Of a DNA stretch of 64,000 nt, positions 53,971 to 63,999 are shown piece by piece; within the stretch, counting starts at the first letter, position 1; each line of letters starts with the position of its first letter. Location of the stretch: IMG/VR virus record IMGVR_UViG_3300043219_000566, positions 62,001 to 126,000 of that record. One strand, written 5' to 3'. The position numbers were made by a program, and so were the translations under genes. The notes below the pieces were generated by a model. That model saw nothing but the letters and a program-made list of their open reading frames with translations, was not told the DNA's origin and did not search any database.

Positions 53971-54478
53971 ACAGAGTGCTCCTGGGTGCCGATTGACTCC
54001 TCCGAAATGCAGCTGGAAGCGTCTTGAGCAGCAGGTTGAAATTGTGCGCGCCCGAGGACGCATCAACTGTTGACAGCGCCATGCCAACGATGAAGCCGTT
54101 AATCACCTCGTTCGCGAAAGTTATTTGCACGCGCTGCACACGACGAGACACCCGATGCTCGCGGTAGAACTTTATCAACTCCTGGATGCCGTTCTTGTCG
54201 TCTTTACAGCGCCGCGGGAAAGCCAGACCGCTGATCTGCAAGTCCCCGATTTGATCGCCGAACGAATAGACGTAGATGACATTTTCCAAGCTCTGCTGGA
54301 ACTGCGTGTTGGTGCGCTGCTCCGAGTTGATACGCGTGATAATCACGCCATCCACGAAAGTCTCGCCCTGTGGGGCCGGGTCCGTGAATACGAACAGGTT
54401 GGCTTGTCCCCGGATGTTCGGGAGCGTGAAGACTACCAGCGTCCCGGCGTTGATCGTATCTTCGTAGAACAAGTCCAT
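53963..54478 (-). CDS. Probable tail tube initiator (tube-fold) protein
   Basis: Directly after the tape measure; YVYSFGDQIGDLQISG beta-rich pattern; TGATG coupling. Confidence 0.6.
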   Translation of the reverse strand: MDLFYEDTINAGTLVVFTLPNIRGQANLFVFTDPAPQGETFVDGVIITRINSEQRTNTQFQQSLENVIYVYSFGDQIGDLQISGLAFPRRCKDDKNGIQELIKFYREHRVSRRVQRVQITFANEVINGFIVGMALSTVDASSGAHNFNLLLKTLPAAFRRSQSAPRSTLYG

Positions 54479-57400
54479 CAGGCTACCTGTGTATTGCCAA
54501 TCCACGTTGAACCAGGACCGCCGGGCATCACACGCTGGCTGGCCTCGCGCCCGCGGTTCACCGTGGGTCCGTTCACCTCGATCGTTACACCACTGCCGAG
54601 TTCCTCGCCGGTCTTGGCATCCTTGAAGGTCACGGTAATTGCGCCGTCGGCCGCCTCGCCCCCGCCCGCCGACTGCCCTTTCGTCCGTGCTTCCGTATCT
54701 GCCTTTTCCCGCTCCTTGGCTATCTCCACTGCTTGCTTAATCGCATCGGGACCCTTGCTAGACGCTGCGGCCATTTCACCTAGCGTCTTGAGCGTAGACG
54801 TTCCGCGGTCCAAGCCCTCGGTAGCAAGAACCATACGAGCGGTGTCAACTGTGACTTCCCCGTCCTCAAACAGCGGGCTCTCTCTCAGGGTTCGGCCCAG
54901 ATCCGCCATCACGCGCTTCTGCCCGCGCTCGCCCAGCGTTGAAGTATCCGTATCGAGTCCACTGCGGATTTTCTGCAGCGCTTCCCACTGTTCAGACAGC
55001 TTGTACGTTTTTCGGAATTGCTCAGAACCAACCCGCTTCTTTTCGCGCGCGATATCCCGCGGGTCCATGTCCAGATACGCCCCGCTGGTAACAAGCGCGT
55101 GGTCGGTTGTCGACAGCGGTTTGATCCCAATCAGGCGCTCAGTATCGAAGCGGACATTGTCGTAACCGCTCTCCCGCAGGTCCTCTTGCAGCTCTTTCAT
55201 TTGCTCGTCGGTCATGCTCGATTCTTCGTGGAAGGTCCCTAGAGCGCGGTCGTCGAGTCTGCCCTGCCAGAACTCAGTGAGTTCTTTCACCCGCTCCTCA
55301 CGTTTCTCGGGGTCGGAAAGAAAGCGCTCGTCCAACATGACCAGCTGGCGGATAAGATCCTGTGGAGGTACCAGCTTCCCGCTAGCCCGATCGACTCCGT
55401 ACAACAGATCGGTTGCGCCCAGCTCTAGGCCCTGCCACTCCGAAAGCGCATCCCGCCGTTCCTTCTCGGTTTTAGCCCCGACGAAACGAGCGCGTGCTGC
55501 TTGTATGCGATTGGACGTTTCTGCCGCGGCCGCTGGCGTACGGGTGCGCCCACGCGGCATCTCGGAACGCTCGGCCCGCCGCAACTGACGATAGAGCGGA
55601 CCTACGTCAGCTAGCCCTTCCGTCGTGGCCTCTACAGCCAACATCTCTTCCTGAATTTCCTGAACTCGCGCAGTGTCACCGGCCGCCTTGGCCTCGTCTA
55701 GCTCAACCAGCTTGCCTTCCATCCAGCGGGCGTCGCTCCGGTACATGGCGGCCGATTGCTTGAAGCCCCGCGCGTCTCCGGGCGACATCGAGGCAGCGGC
55801 CAGATTCACCTGATCCGCTGTCCATTGCCCAGCGGCTCCCACAACCGTGCGAATGGCCCCGATGCGCTCGGCATCTCCAAGACTGCGGTCTGCGATCCGC
55901 GGCGCAGCCCGCAACACTTGCGGGTCCAACGTCCCCAGTATGGCCTGAATGGATTCAGTGCCGCCTACGCCTGCGTGTCGGTCCCAAAGCTCAGCTTGAG
56001 CGCGTGCATCAATTTCGAGTTGGCGTTGAATGCGCGCGGCTCCCGCGGTATCCCCGGACTCGCGCGCGACTTGCAGTAGTTGATGGTTCTCCGAAATGCG
56101 CTTCAACGCCTTCTCGTCGACTTGCTGGAGCAGTTCTTCGCTAGGCATAAACCCGAACGCCGTCATCATCACGTCGCCGACGTCGGTTTTCCCAGCTGCC
56201 AGCGCGCCCATCACGCGCTCGAAGGCTCCGCCGCGCGCCGTGACGTTGATATCAGCCAGCATCTCCTGTCCGGCAACCCCGACCGCGACAGTGTCCAGCA
56301 TGGCGCGCTGCGCCTGGAGCTTCTCGTCGTTATAGATCTGGCCTAGCTCCTGCGTACTCTTGAAGCCCCGCCCAATGAGATGGCCCTGTATCTGGCGATC
56401 CATTTCCAGATTGCGGTACAGCGCCTCACCGTTCAGCCCAGAGACATCAACGCCCTGGTCACGCAGCCAGCGCATACGCTCGCCAGTCGTGCCGCGCGGA
56501 GAGTGGAAGTAAGACTGCGAGACCTTGTCCAGCACGTCTGGGACGCTCATGCCACTAGCAGCCGCCGTAGCTTGGATCTGCTTCACCATGCGGTCGTTGC
56601 TGCCTCCGGCTCTTTCAATGTAGCCGTAGAAGTCACCGACCGCAGTACCGATAGCTGACTGAGTCTCGACCATCTGCCCCCGCTGAATAGCTGCTAGCAA
56701 CTCAGGACGCTGTTCTAGTTCTTCCTGCACCCCTACCATGCTCATCAACGCGGTGTACGACCGTGCGTGCCCGATACCCAGACCGCTCAGCTCGTCCTGC
56801 AACTCAGTTATGTTCCGTTCGTTCCAGCCCATCGCGTCTGCACGCTGCTGAACACGCTGGTAGATGGCTTGCTGCCCCGGCGATAGCGTCGTGCGGTCGA
56901 TGTCTTGCAACAGCAACCCAGCCTGCACGCTGACTCGCGCGCCCTCCGACGTCGTCCCGCGAGTCAGCGTTTGCATTCGCAGATCGGCCTCGCGAGTGGG
57001 AGACAAGCGATGTCGAAAGGCCCCGGTCACCATGGTCTGCGAAGCCACCGTGGCCGCGTATGCCTCGGTTGCTACCCGCCCCCCTAGTAGCGGCGACAGG
57101 CCCATCTGGTCGTACATCGTCGCGCCGGTCTTGACGATCTCCATCATCGCGTCCATAGAGATGTTTGCTGTACGTGCCATCTCCTTGACGCGGTAGAGCA
57201 ACTGCTGAATCTGGTTGGGGTCCATCTGTTGCATCGAGCCGCCGGTGAGCTGCTGCAGCTGGTCGATGATGCGCGGGATCGGCGCATCCGGTTTTCCCAT
57301 GATCTCGCGCATAGTGCCGACGATGTCGGCATACGACTGCAGCTGACGGCCGACACTGAGAGTTTGCGCAGCCCCTCGCAAGGACTCGATAGAGCGATCC

Positions 57401-58206
57401 GAAAGTTGTTCGGCATCCATCCCGAGCTTCTCAGCAAAAGCACGCACTTCCCGCTGCGGCATCTCGGTCGTGATTAACCCCTTTCGGGTTAGCTCTCCGG
57501 CCATTTCACCGAGGTCGCCGAACTTCATCCCGCGTGCGCGTTGCGCGTCCCACTGGCCCTGCGGAGCGAAGAAGTCGAGCAGGCGGCGGATCATGCCCTG
57601 CGCGTCTTTGTCCTCCATGCCCAGGGCATAACGGTCACGCGTGGTGTCGCGCATGTTCTGAGTTGCTACAAACATCTGGCGAGCGAAATCTTGTGCCGAG
57701 CCGCCCGGCATCTGCTGGAAGAAACCCAGCCCGGTCATTAGCGGAGTGAACTGCTGCGCCAGCGTGTTGGCATGAGCAGCCGTAGCCGGACTGGTATACC
57801 CGAGCGCGGCTTTGAAGCCCTGTTCAATCGCCCGGGACAGCTGCTCCTCGTCCATTCGTGCGCCGATACCGACTGCGCCTTCCAGGCCGCGCTCGAACTC
57901 GCGCCCACGCATGACGTCCATAACGTTGACGCCAGTGGGCATGTACTGGTAACCCCGCCGGGCAGCGAGCTGCTCGAACATGCGCCCGCCCATCTGACCC
58001 AGCGGCCCCTGACCGAGCGACAAGTGATGCGGATTCGGTAGCTGCGGACCGAAAAACGACTGCCCCTGCATAAAACTGTAGCCAGGAGCCATTTGTTGCT
58101 GCTGGGGAAGTTGGCCGAACGCCGGACTAAACCCGGGCGTACCGAAGGACTGCTGCCCGAGAGCGGCCTGGAGAGCCTCAAGTGTCTGCTGATCCACCAG
58201 ATTCAT
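54478..58206 (-). CDS. Tape measure protein
   Basis: 1242 aa, Ala/Gln/Met/Arg-rich helical composition; lies after the chaperone genes and before the tube initiator. Confidence 0.8.
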   Translation of the reverse strand: MNLVDQQTLEALQAALGQQSFGTPGFSPAFGQLPQQQQMAPGYSFMQGQSFFGPQLPNPHHLSLGQGPLGQMGGRMFEQLAARRGYQYMPTGVNVMDVMRGREFERGLEGAVGIGARMDEEQLSRAIEQGFKAALGYTSPATAAHANTLAQQFTPLMTGLGFFQQMPGGSAQDFARQMFVATQNMRDTTRDRYALGMEDKDAQGMIRRLLDFFAPQGQWDAQRARGMKFGDLGEMAGELTRKGLITTEMPQREVRAFAEKLGMDAEQLSDRSIESLRGAAQTLSVGRQLQSYADIVGTMREIMGKPDAPIPRIIDQLQQLTGGSMQQMDPNQIQQLLYRVKEMARTANISMDAMMEIVKTGATMYDQMGLSPLLGGRVATEAYAATVASQTMVTGAFRHRLSPTREADLRMQTLTRGTTSEGARVSVQAGLLLQDIDRTTLSPGQQAIYQRVQQRADAMGWNERNITELQDELSGLGIGHARSYTALMSMVGVQEELEQRPELLAAIQRGQMVETQSAIGTAVGDFYGYIERAGGSNDRMVKQIQATAAASGMSVPDVLDKVSQSYFHSPRGTTGERMRWLRDQGVDVSGLNGEALYRNLEMDRQIQGHLIGRGFKSTQELGQIYNDEKLQAQRAMLDTVAVGVAGQEMLADINVTARGGAFERVMGALAAGKTDVGDVMMTAFGFMPSEELLQQVDEKALKRISENHQLLQVARESGDTAGAARIQRQLEIDARAQAELWDRHAGVGGTESIQAILGTLDPQVLRAAPRIADRSLGDAERIGAIRTVVGAAGQWTADQVNLAAASMSPGDARGFKQSAAMYRSDARWMEGKLVELDEAKAAGDTARVQEIQEEMLAVEATTEGLADVGPLYRQLRRAERSEMPRGRTRTPAAAAETSNRIQAARARFVGAKTEKERRDALSEWQGLELGATDLLYGVDRASGKLVPPQDLIRQLVMLDERFLSDPEKREERVKELTEFWQGRLDDRALGTFHEESSMTDEQMKELQEDLRESGYDNVRFDTERLIGIKPLSTTDHALVTSGAYLDMDPRDIAREKKRVGSEQFRKTYKLSEQWEALQKIRSGLDTDTSTLGERGQKRVMADLGRTLRESPLFEDGEVTVDTARMVLATEGLDRGTSTLKTLGEMAAASSKGPDAIKQAVEIAKEREKADTEARTKGQSAGGGEAADGAITVTFKDAKTGEELGSGVTIEVNGPTVNRGREASQRVMPGGPGSTWIGNTQVA

Positions 58207-58651
58207 TCTGCGCTCGCTGTACCTTTATCTGCTCGAACCGCTTGATCATCTCGACGATACCGCGATCTGTCAGCCCTGTGTCTCCGATCTCGTTGGTACG
58301 CTCGTACAAGCGAGCCCGAGTCTCTTCGATCTTCTTGCGCCAGCTTTCGTCCCACGGATGCAACAAGCTGCCCAAGCGCTGGTACGTCAGCAAGGCCTCG
58401 TCGCGGCAGTTGTTGAACATCTGCCAGTCCACCCGGTCGAAATGCGGGCTGTAAACCAGTGGCTGCGCGCTGCTGGAATGGAACCCGATCATTGACATAC
58501 CCAGTCTGACCGATTCCTCGCGCGACAGTTCCTGTAGGACCAGTGTCTCCTTTATCAAATAGCGCCGCGTTACCGGGCAGCCTTCCGCGGTATCGATCAG
58601 CCGACGGGCGGCAGCCCGAACTAAGAGTGAGCCCCATCGGCTGCTTTCCAA
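58178..58651 (-). CDS. Second tail assembly chaperone ORF (lambda gpT-like position)
   Basis: Overlaps the end of the upstream chaperone in the -1 frame; only a TTG start without a clear RBS. Confidence 0.6.
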   Translation of the reverse strand: MESSRWGSLLVRAAARRLIDTAEGCPVTRRYLIKETLVLQELSREESVRLGMSMIGFHSSSAQPLVYSPHFDRVDWQMFNNCRDEALLTYQRLGSLLHPWDESWRKKIEETRARLYERTNEIGDTGLTDRGIVEMIKRFEQIKVQRAQNESGGSADT

Positions 58652-59598
58652 AAATCCGGTTCATGCGCTCGCGATGCGAACCAACCGTAGAGCCGCTCGA
58701 ATTCCATCCATAACGCCGTCACGATGTTGTACAGCCCGGCGGCCTGCTCCCCGCCGAAGACCGCTTTGTCCAGTGCCTCTACGGGATGCAGTGTCTCGCT
58801 TGAGACCTGCTTGTCGTAATCTTGCAGCGCCTTGAACTCCTGCGTCCCGTCGTCATTCGTGATCTTGTGGATCGAAGCAGCAACGTGGTAGCGCTGCAAC
58901 TGGGCTTGCATATCACCCATCCCGAGCAACTTCTCGTTCTTGAGCAATCCCCGCGTGTACTCCAACGCCATGTCCACTTCACGTTGGGTACGCGAACGCA
59001 GCGTTACCTTCGCGCTGCCGCCGAATAACGAGTAGGTCTTGAAGAAGCGGCCTTTGGCGCTCATCACATGGCGAATGAACGCCATCTTGTCTTCTTCCCC
59101 GAAGCGCGGATTCTGAAACGAATCGCGCTGATCCCACCCGCAGTGGTGACAACGCACCGGCTCTTTGGCTTTGCGCAACAGATCGCCGATGTCGATCGTA
59201 GCCGAAGCCATCGGCTCGGGCGGCGGACCAGGACCGATATCCTGCTCGCTGTCGCTGAACTCTGGAGCAGGCAACCCGCTCTCTTCGAGCTGCAGATCAG
59301 AGTCGACTTCGGCTGCAGGAGCGTGCTCGCCCTGAACATCGCGTACTGCGTCCTCGACGCCAGCCACCTTGTCCGGGGCCAGGTCTTCCAGCGACGTCAC
59401 GCCGCCGAACCCGGACGGCATTTCCAGGGGCTTCGGTTTGAGCGCTTCCTCAGAGAGTTTTCCTTCGTCGGTAAGCAGTCCCTGGTGCTTGGCGACCGCA
59501 CGCTCAAGCTCAGTCAGAGACTGATCGGCGCTGGTAAATCTGCCCTTTAACGAGGGCGCGGTCTCCAGCTGCTCTTGGGTAAATTCGTTCTCCGGCAT
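58621..59598 (-). CDS. Probable tail assembly chaperone with CHHC Zn site
   Basis: Acidic N-terminus; position just upstream of the tape measure; GAGGAG RBS. Confidence 0.6.
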   Translation of the reverse strand: MPENEFTQEQLETAPSLKGRFTSADQSLTELERAVAKHQGLLTDEGKLSEEALKPKPLEMPSGFGGVTSLEDLAPDKVAGVEDAVRDVQGEHAPAAEVDSDLQLEESGLPAPEFSDSEQDIGPGPPPEPMASATIDIGDLLRKAKEPVRCHHCGWDQRDSFQNPRFGEEDKMAFIRHVMSAKGRFFKTYSLFGGSAKVTLRSRTQREVDMALEYTRGLLKNEKLLGMGDMQAQLQRYHVAASIHKITNDDGTQEFKALQDYDKQVSSETLHPVEALDKAVFGGEQAAGLYNIVTALWMEFERLYGWFASRAHEPDFWKAADGAHS

Positions 59599-59604
59599 CT
59601 GCGT

Positions 59605-62433
59605 CTAGCTCCTCTGCTGTACTGTCACGTTATAGCCTTCCTTGAAAGTCTTCCGCGTAGTCTTGCCCAGTTCAGGTTCATCCTCATCGTCCTCAATCTG
59701 CGTGCGTGCATCGGACACGCCCATCGTGAAATCGAACAGCTTGTTCTCAAGTGTAACGAACGCGTCTTCCTCTTCCCAAATCTCGAAGCCGGGATAAGGC
59801 ATCGTCTCCTGGCCAACGCTGGGAGCGAGCAAGGGAACCTCGACCCAGGGCGTCGTCTTGCTGAACAGCTTGCGATTCATCTCCTGCCAGCGAGCCTCGT
59901 ACCATACGAAATTCTGATCTGTGCCGTACTGCTCGGGCGTGCGGAAACTGAAGACCGCGTCGCTGATTAGCATCTCGCCAGCGAGCTGGCTCGTCGCGTC
60001 GTACAGCTCCGTGGTCAGCACTTCCACCAGCGCGTTATCTGCCGCGCGCTCAGCCTCCAGCACGCGCTGAGTGATGAGCTGCATGGAATCCAAATGCTCT
60101 TTGGCTCGCGTCGGATGCTCCTCGATCACCGGGAAAGTCCCGTCGCTGGGAGCCCCCATCGGTACCGTTGCCCGGTCCTCGGTAACCTGGTATAGCAACC
60201 CGCCCGTGAACACCCCGCTGCCCCTGACCAGCAAGCTGTTCTGCAAAACGAGCATCCCGCCGCCCTGGATAGTGCTACCAATCTCAGCAGATCCCGCCGT
60301 GAGAAAATCCCTCGCAACGAACAGCGTCCCCAGGACAGAGAACACCGTATTTTCTTGTTCCTCGTGCCCGAAAGAGAAAACGTTGGCACCGAAAGTCATG
60401 GATTGCAAAGCACGCCCGCCGAGCACAAACGCATGCTTCCGCAAGTCGAGCGAAGCGGTATCGTCGTTCTCGCCGGTTGAACCAATGATTGCCTGCAGCC
60501 GGTTCTGCGCGCGCAACGTGATGTCCTGCCCGTGCACGAAAGCCAGGCCGAGCCCACCCCCGGCGTCGACGTGAATCTGTCCGGAACTCCTGTCTTGCTC
60601 ACGAGTTCCGGCGCGCAGGTACGTGTGCTTGCTCATGCTGATGACGTTCGAGGCCAGAGCCTTGATCAACACGCCGCGGCTCTCGACGTTTTCGCCCAAC
60701 TGTGACCAGTCGGGCTCCTCGGATTCGCCAGCAGCCGGATCGAACTGCGACTCGATCAACACGCCCTTGTCGACCGCGACCATCATCAGATTGCCCTGAG
60801 CCTTGATGCGCACGTCCCCCTGACTCGCGGATAGATCCGCTGAGTTACCTGCTTTCAGGATCAGATCGTGCGGTGCCCAGGCCTGGACGTTGCGGCCGGG
60901 CTGTAGCACAACATCGTTACGCGCAGACAGGAAGATGTTGCCGCCTTCCATCCGGATCTGGCTGCCGTAGGCGTCCTCCAGCACGATGCTGCCATCGTCC
61001 TCGATGGCAAAGCTGGCCTTGCCGGAGAAGTACTGTGTGCTACCGCGGTGGTCGACCTGCAACGTAACCTTCTTTGGCAACGGCATCCAGAACGGCAGGT
61101 CCTGTACCTCGGTTACCGGGTCATAGATCGCCTTGCTGAGCCCGAACTGCTCGACTGCTTCACGCTCCTCGGGCAATAGCCAGTCTTTCTCGTGGCGAAT
61201 GAAGCCGATGTTGTCGTAGTAGCCGTAGAGCAACGCATGCCGCTCGTACGCCATCAGCGCGCGCAGCCCAGCCTGGTCATCCGGCAGCGTAGGATCGTGC
61301 TTCGTGTGTAGCTTCTCGCCGTCGCCCAGCACCCCGGCGGCCTTGTAGTTCTTTTTGCTGTCGCCAAGCGGGTCCTCCGGCAGGATCAGCTCCTTCGGCA
61401 CCGGGATCGCCACTGTCTTCTCGATCAGTATGCCCTTGGCGCTACGCAGCCGGATGCGCCCGTCGGTATGAATGCCGGTCTCGGCGACGCCCGGGAAAAC
61501 TGTCTCGTTCTGTAATTGCTCAACCTGCGTCTCGCCGCTAGCCTCCCCGCGCACCGGCAGCGCAATGATGACGCGCTCCAGATCGCCGAGATAGCCGCGG
61601 AAGCGCTGCGCTCGCCAGATCCCCATCTGGTCGTCTTCGATCGGCTCGCGCCCCGCGCGCCCCGGCGTACCGTTCCAGCTATCGGCTGCGTGCTTGGTGA
61701 AGTCTTCGCTGGAGCCGAAAACTCCCACGGTCTCCCAGGGCAAATGCCCATAACGAAAGACTTCGGACCACTCGCCTTCGTCGTTGAGCGCCCGCAGATC
61801 ACTAGCCGCAGTTTGAATCTCCAAGTTGTAGCCGGTCAGGCGCAGCAGATTATCGAGCCAGAAAGCCTCGATCCCGCAGAAATGACTGGCCCGCAGCCAC
61901 GCCATCAAACGACCGATGCCGTAACCGACTCCGAGGTCGTTGATGTACCCGCAGTCGCCGGGTAACTCATCGCAAGGGCTACCTGCGGAGAAATTGATGT
62001 CTCCGGAGATGCCGTTAACGCGCTCCAGAGAACCGCTGTGCACTCGATCGAAACCAATTCCGCTGCGGCAAGCAGGCACGAGCCAGTCGGGCACTCGGTT
62101 GAACTCCGACGAAGTGATCCATTCCGGGATACTACCCAGCACGTAGCAATACGGCACACCGTTCGGCTGGTAACAGATCACCTTGGTATGCGCCGGGTAG
62201 CAACTGCCGATCTGGCGCGGGCCAATAACACTGTTGCCCGCGCGTGACATGGGCACGCCGATAACGACGGTGTTGTTTGCCGCAGCAACCTTCATGATCC
62301 CGAAGTGCGCGATGTTGTCGACAACTTCGGAGATGAAGAACGCGTCGCTCAGCAGCTTGACCGGTGGATCAGGTCGGCGGTCTTGCGCCTCGGCCGCGAC
62401 GCCCAGAGGCTGGTCCTCGAAGAACGATGGCAT
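59605..62433 (-). CDS. gp5/VgrG-like central spike protein
   Basis: OB-fold-like YPAHTKVICY...YCYVLGSIP; beta-helix repeats GSIVLEDAYGSQIRMEGGNIFLSARNDVVLQ...DVRIKAQG. Confidence 0.7.
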   Translation of the reverse strand: MPSFFEDQPLGVAAEAQDRRPDPPVKLLSDAFFISEVVDNIAHFGIMKVAAANNTVVIGVPMSRAGNSVIGPRQIGSCYPAHTKVICYQPNGVPYCYVLGSIPEWITSSEFNRVPDWLVPACRSGIGFDRVHSGSLERVNGISGDINFSAGSPCDELPGDCGYINDLGVGYGIGRLMAWLRASHFCGIEAFWLDNLLRLTGYNLEIQTAASDLRALNDEGEWSEVFRYGHLPWETVGVFGSSEDFTKHAADSWNGTPGRAGREPIEDDQMGIWRAQRFRGYLGDLERVIIALPVRGEASGETQVEQLQNETVFPGVAETGIHTDGRIRLRSAKGILIEKTVAIPVPKELILPEDPLGDSKKNYKAAGVLGDGEKLHTKHDPTLPDDQAGLRALMAYERHALLYGYYDNIGFIRHEKDWLLPEEREAVEQFGLSKAIYDPVTEVQDLPFWMPLPKKVTLQVDHRGSTQYFSGKASFAIEDDGSIVLEDAYGSQIRMEGGNIFLSARNDVVLQPGRNVQAWAPHDLILKAGNSADLSASQGDVRIKAQGNLMMVAVDKGVLIESQFDPAAGESEEPDWSQLGENVESRGVLIKALASNVISMSKHTYLRAGTREQDRSSGQIHVDAGGGLGLAFVHGQDITLRAQNRLQAIIGSTGENDDTASLDLRKHAFVLGGRALQSMTFGANVFSFGHEEQENTVFSVLGTLFVARDFLTAGSAEIGSTIQGGGMLVLQNSLLVRGSGVFTGGLLYQVTEDRATVPMGAPSDGTFPVIEEHPTRAKEHLDSMQLITQRVLEAERAADNALVEVLTTELYDATSQLAGEMLISDAVFSFRTPEQYGTDQNFVWYEARWQEMNRKLFSKTTPWVEVPLLAPSVGQETMPYPGFEIWEEEDAFVTLENKLFDFTMGVSDARTQIEDDEDEPELGKTTRKTFKEGYNVTVQQRS

Positions 62434-62450
62434 GGCTGACCCTTAATCAA

Positions 62451-62485
62451 AGCGGCGACAGCGGGTCACCCACGCTGTCGCCGCT
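62451..62485 (-). terminator. Strong hairpin between the tube and spike genes (weak terminator or mRNA stabiliser)
   Basis: Perfect 13-bp stem AGCGGCGACAGCG/CGCTGTCGCCGCT, followed by TTGATT and then the AAGGG RBS. Confidence 0.6.
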
Positions 62486-62513
62486 GCTGTTCAACGCGCT
62501 GGCGATTTTCGGG

Positions 62514-63017
62514 TTAGGTGGTTCCCGAGGTTCGCCCGCCGCTGGCAGCGCTCGCGAAGATAAGCGCCATGTTGTTGTTCACGATGTAGTCGGCCACGGC
62601 AATCGACATCGCAGTCGAGATCAACACCGGCTGGCTGAACGAAATCGATCCGCCCTGTTTCTGGCAGATGCCCTGCTCGTTCTCGCGGCCCTGAATCTCT
62701 ATCGTGATGTTCTTGCCTTCCGCTGCTGTGCAGGGATCGCCGTACTTCTGGAGGAACGTGATGAGATTGTCCAGGTCGGTGACTACGTTGGACAACGTCA
62801 TCTGGCCCTGCGGGCGGCTGGCGACGTACGCCTGAAAGTCCGCGTTCTCCAGGTCGAATAACCGGGTGACGTTCTGAGCGTAGTTGAAGTTCAGGTTCTG
62901 GACCAACATGAAAGACTGGTCCTGACCTGCAATCACGATCTGGAACGCGTCCGAGCTATACGCCTGCCCGATGACCTGGGGTCTGCGCCCCAGAATGTCG
63001 AGAGTGGCATCAGCCAT
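62514..63017 (-). CDS. Tail tube protein
   Basis: 167 aa immediately after the sheath; LVQNLNFNYAQNVTRLFDL pattern; AGGAG RBS. Confidence 0.75.
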   Translation of the reverse strand: MADATLDILGRRPQVIGQAYSSDAFQIVIAGQDQSFMLVQNLNFNYAQNVTRLFDLENADFQAYVASRPQGQMTLSNVVTDLDNLITFLQKYGDPCTAAEGKNITIEIQGRENEQGICQKQGGSISFSQPVLISTAMSIAVADYIVNNNMALIFASAASGGRTSGTT

Positions 63018-63045
63018 GGGTGAGTCTCCTTAACGTAAGTCACTG

Positions 63046-63999
63046 TTAGACAATCAGCTTGAGTTCGATGACATTCGCCGGGTACGGAATCGTAATCGAG
63101 AGCACCGCGACCACCTGGTCGAGGTTAACAACGTGCTGGCGCAGCTCGACGATCTCCGCCGTAAGCAACTGCCCGCCCAGCGTTGGTGTCGAGCCGTTGG
63201 CCTTGAGGTAATCCACCGTCGACAGAATCTGCCGCCGGAGCTGAGCCAGGAAGCGCGGCGTGATATTCGACCGCCCGATGTACGGCTTGAGCTGGTTCAG
63301 GAAAACGTAGCTGACGGCGTCGACATTCTTGACTACCATCAGTTCCTTGCAGTTCAGGTCCGTAGTGCAGGTCGATACCTCGTGCCGCGTGAAGATCTCC
63401 CCGGTATTCGGGTCCTGATCGATGATCCAGATGCCAGCTTCCGCCATCGTGTTCAACTGCGACTCACCGAAGTACTCAGTAGTGCGCGTCACGGCGGTGA
63501 AGCCTTCGATGGCGATGTTGGTCAGGCCTTGCTGCGGAACGACACCCGAGACCAGCCCAGCGATCGCTGCGCAAGCGTAGATACCCGAGATCTGTACACC
63601 CGCGGCATCCTCGATCACGTCCGGCCAAACGTAGTAGACCCGGCGAGCCGCGAAAGCTCCGCCCAGGATGCCGAACGCCGCAGCTTCCTCGTTCTTGGTC
63701 TGCGACTTCTGGATCGAGAACAACTTGGCGATATTGACCCCTGCGCTTGGACCAGATACCAGCCGCAACCGCTGATTCGAGATCACCGCGTCGATGACGT
63801 AATCGTCGTAGGCCAGCCCACCAAAGCCGTCACCCACGTAGTTGGTGCGGAACAGGTCACCAGCGCGCACTGCCATGTCGACGAACCCACCACCGGCCGG
63901 ATAAGCCGTCGGGTCCCAATTGACGATGGTGTACTGCGTACCAGTGGTATCCACGTCGTCGTCGACGGTGGCGAGCAGATCGTCGGCCTCGTACGTGTT
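63046..63999 (-). CDS. Tail sheath protein, C-terminal part (5'-truncated by the window edge)
   Basis: Frame open to the window edge; AAIAGLVSG, QLNTMAEAGIWII, ELMVVKNVDAVSYVF...YIG and ITIPYPANVIELKLIV are sheath C-terminal motifs. Confidence 0.88.
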   Translation of the reverse strand, partial: NTYEADDLLATVDDDVDTTGTQYTIVNWDPTAYPAGGGFVDMAVRAGDLFRTNYVGDGFGGLAYDDYVIDAVISNQRLRLVSGPSAGVNIAKLFSIQKSQTKNEEAAAFGILGGAFAARRVYYVWPDVIEDAAGVQISGIYACAAIAGLVSGVVPQQGLTNIAIEGFTAVTRTTEYFGESQLNTMAEAGIWIIDQDPNTGEIFTRHEVSTCTTDLNCKELMVVKNVDAVSYVFLNQLKPYIGRSNITPRFLAQLRRQILSTVDYLKANGSTPTLGGQLLTAEIVELRQHVVNLDQVVAVLSITIPYPANVIELKLIV

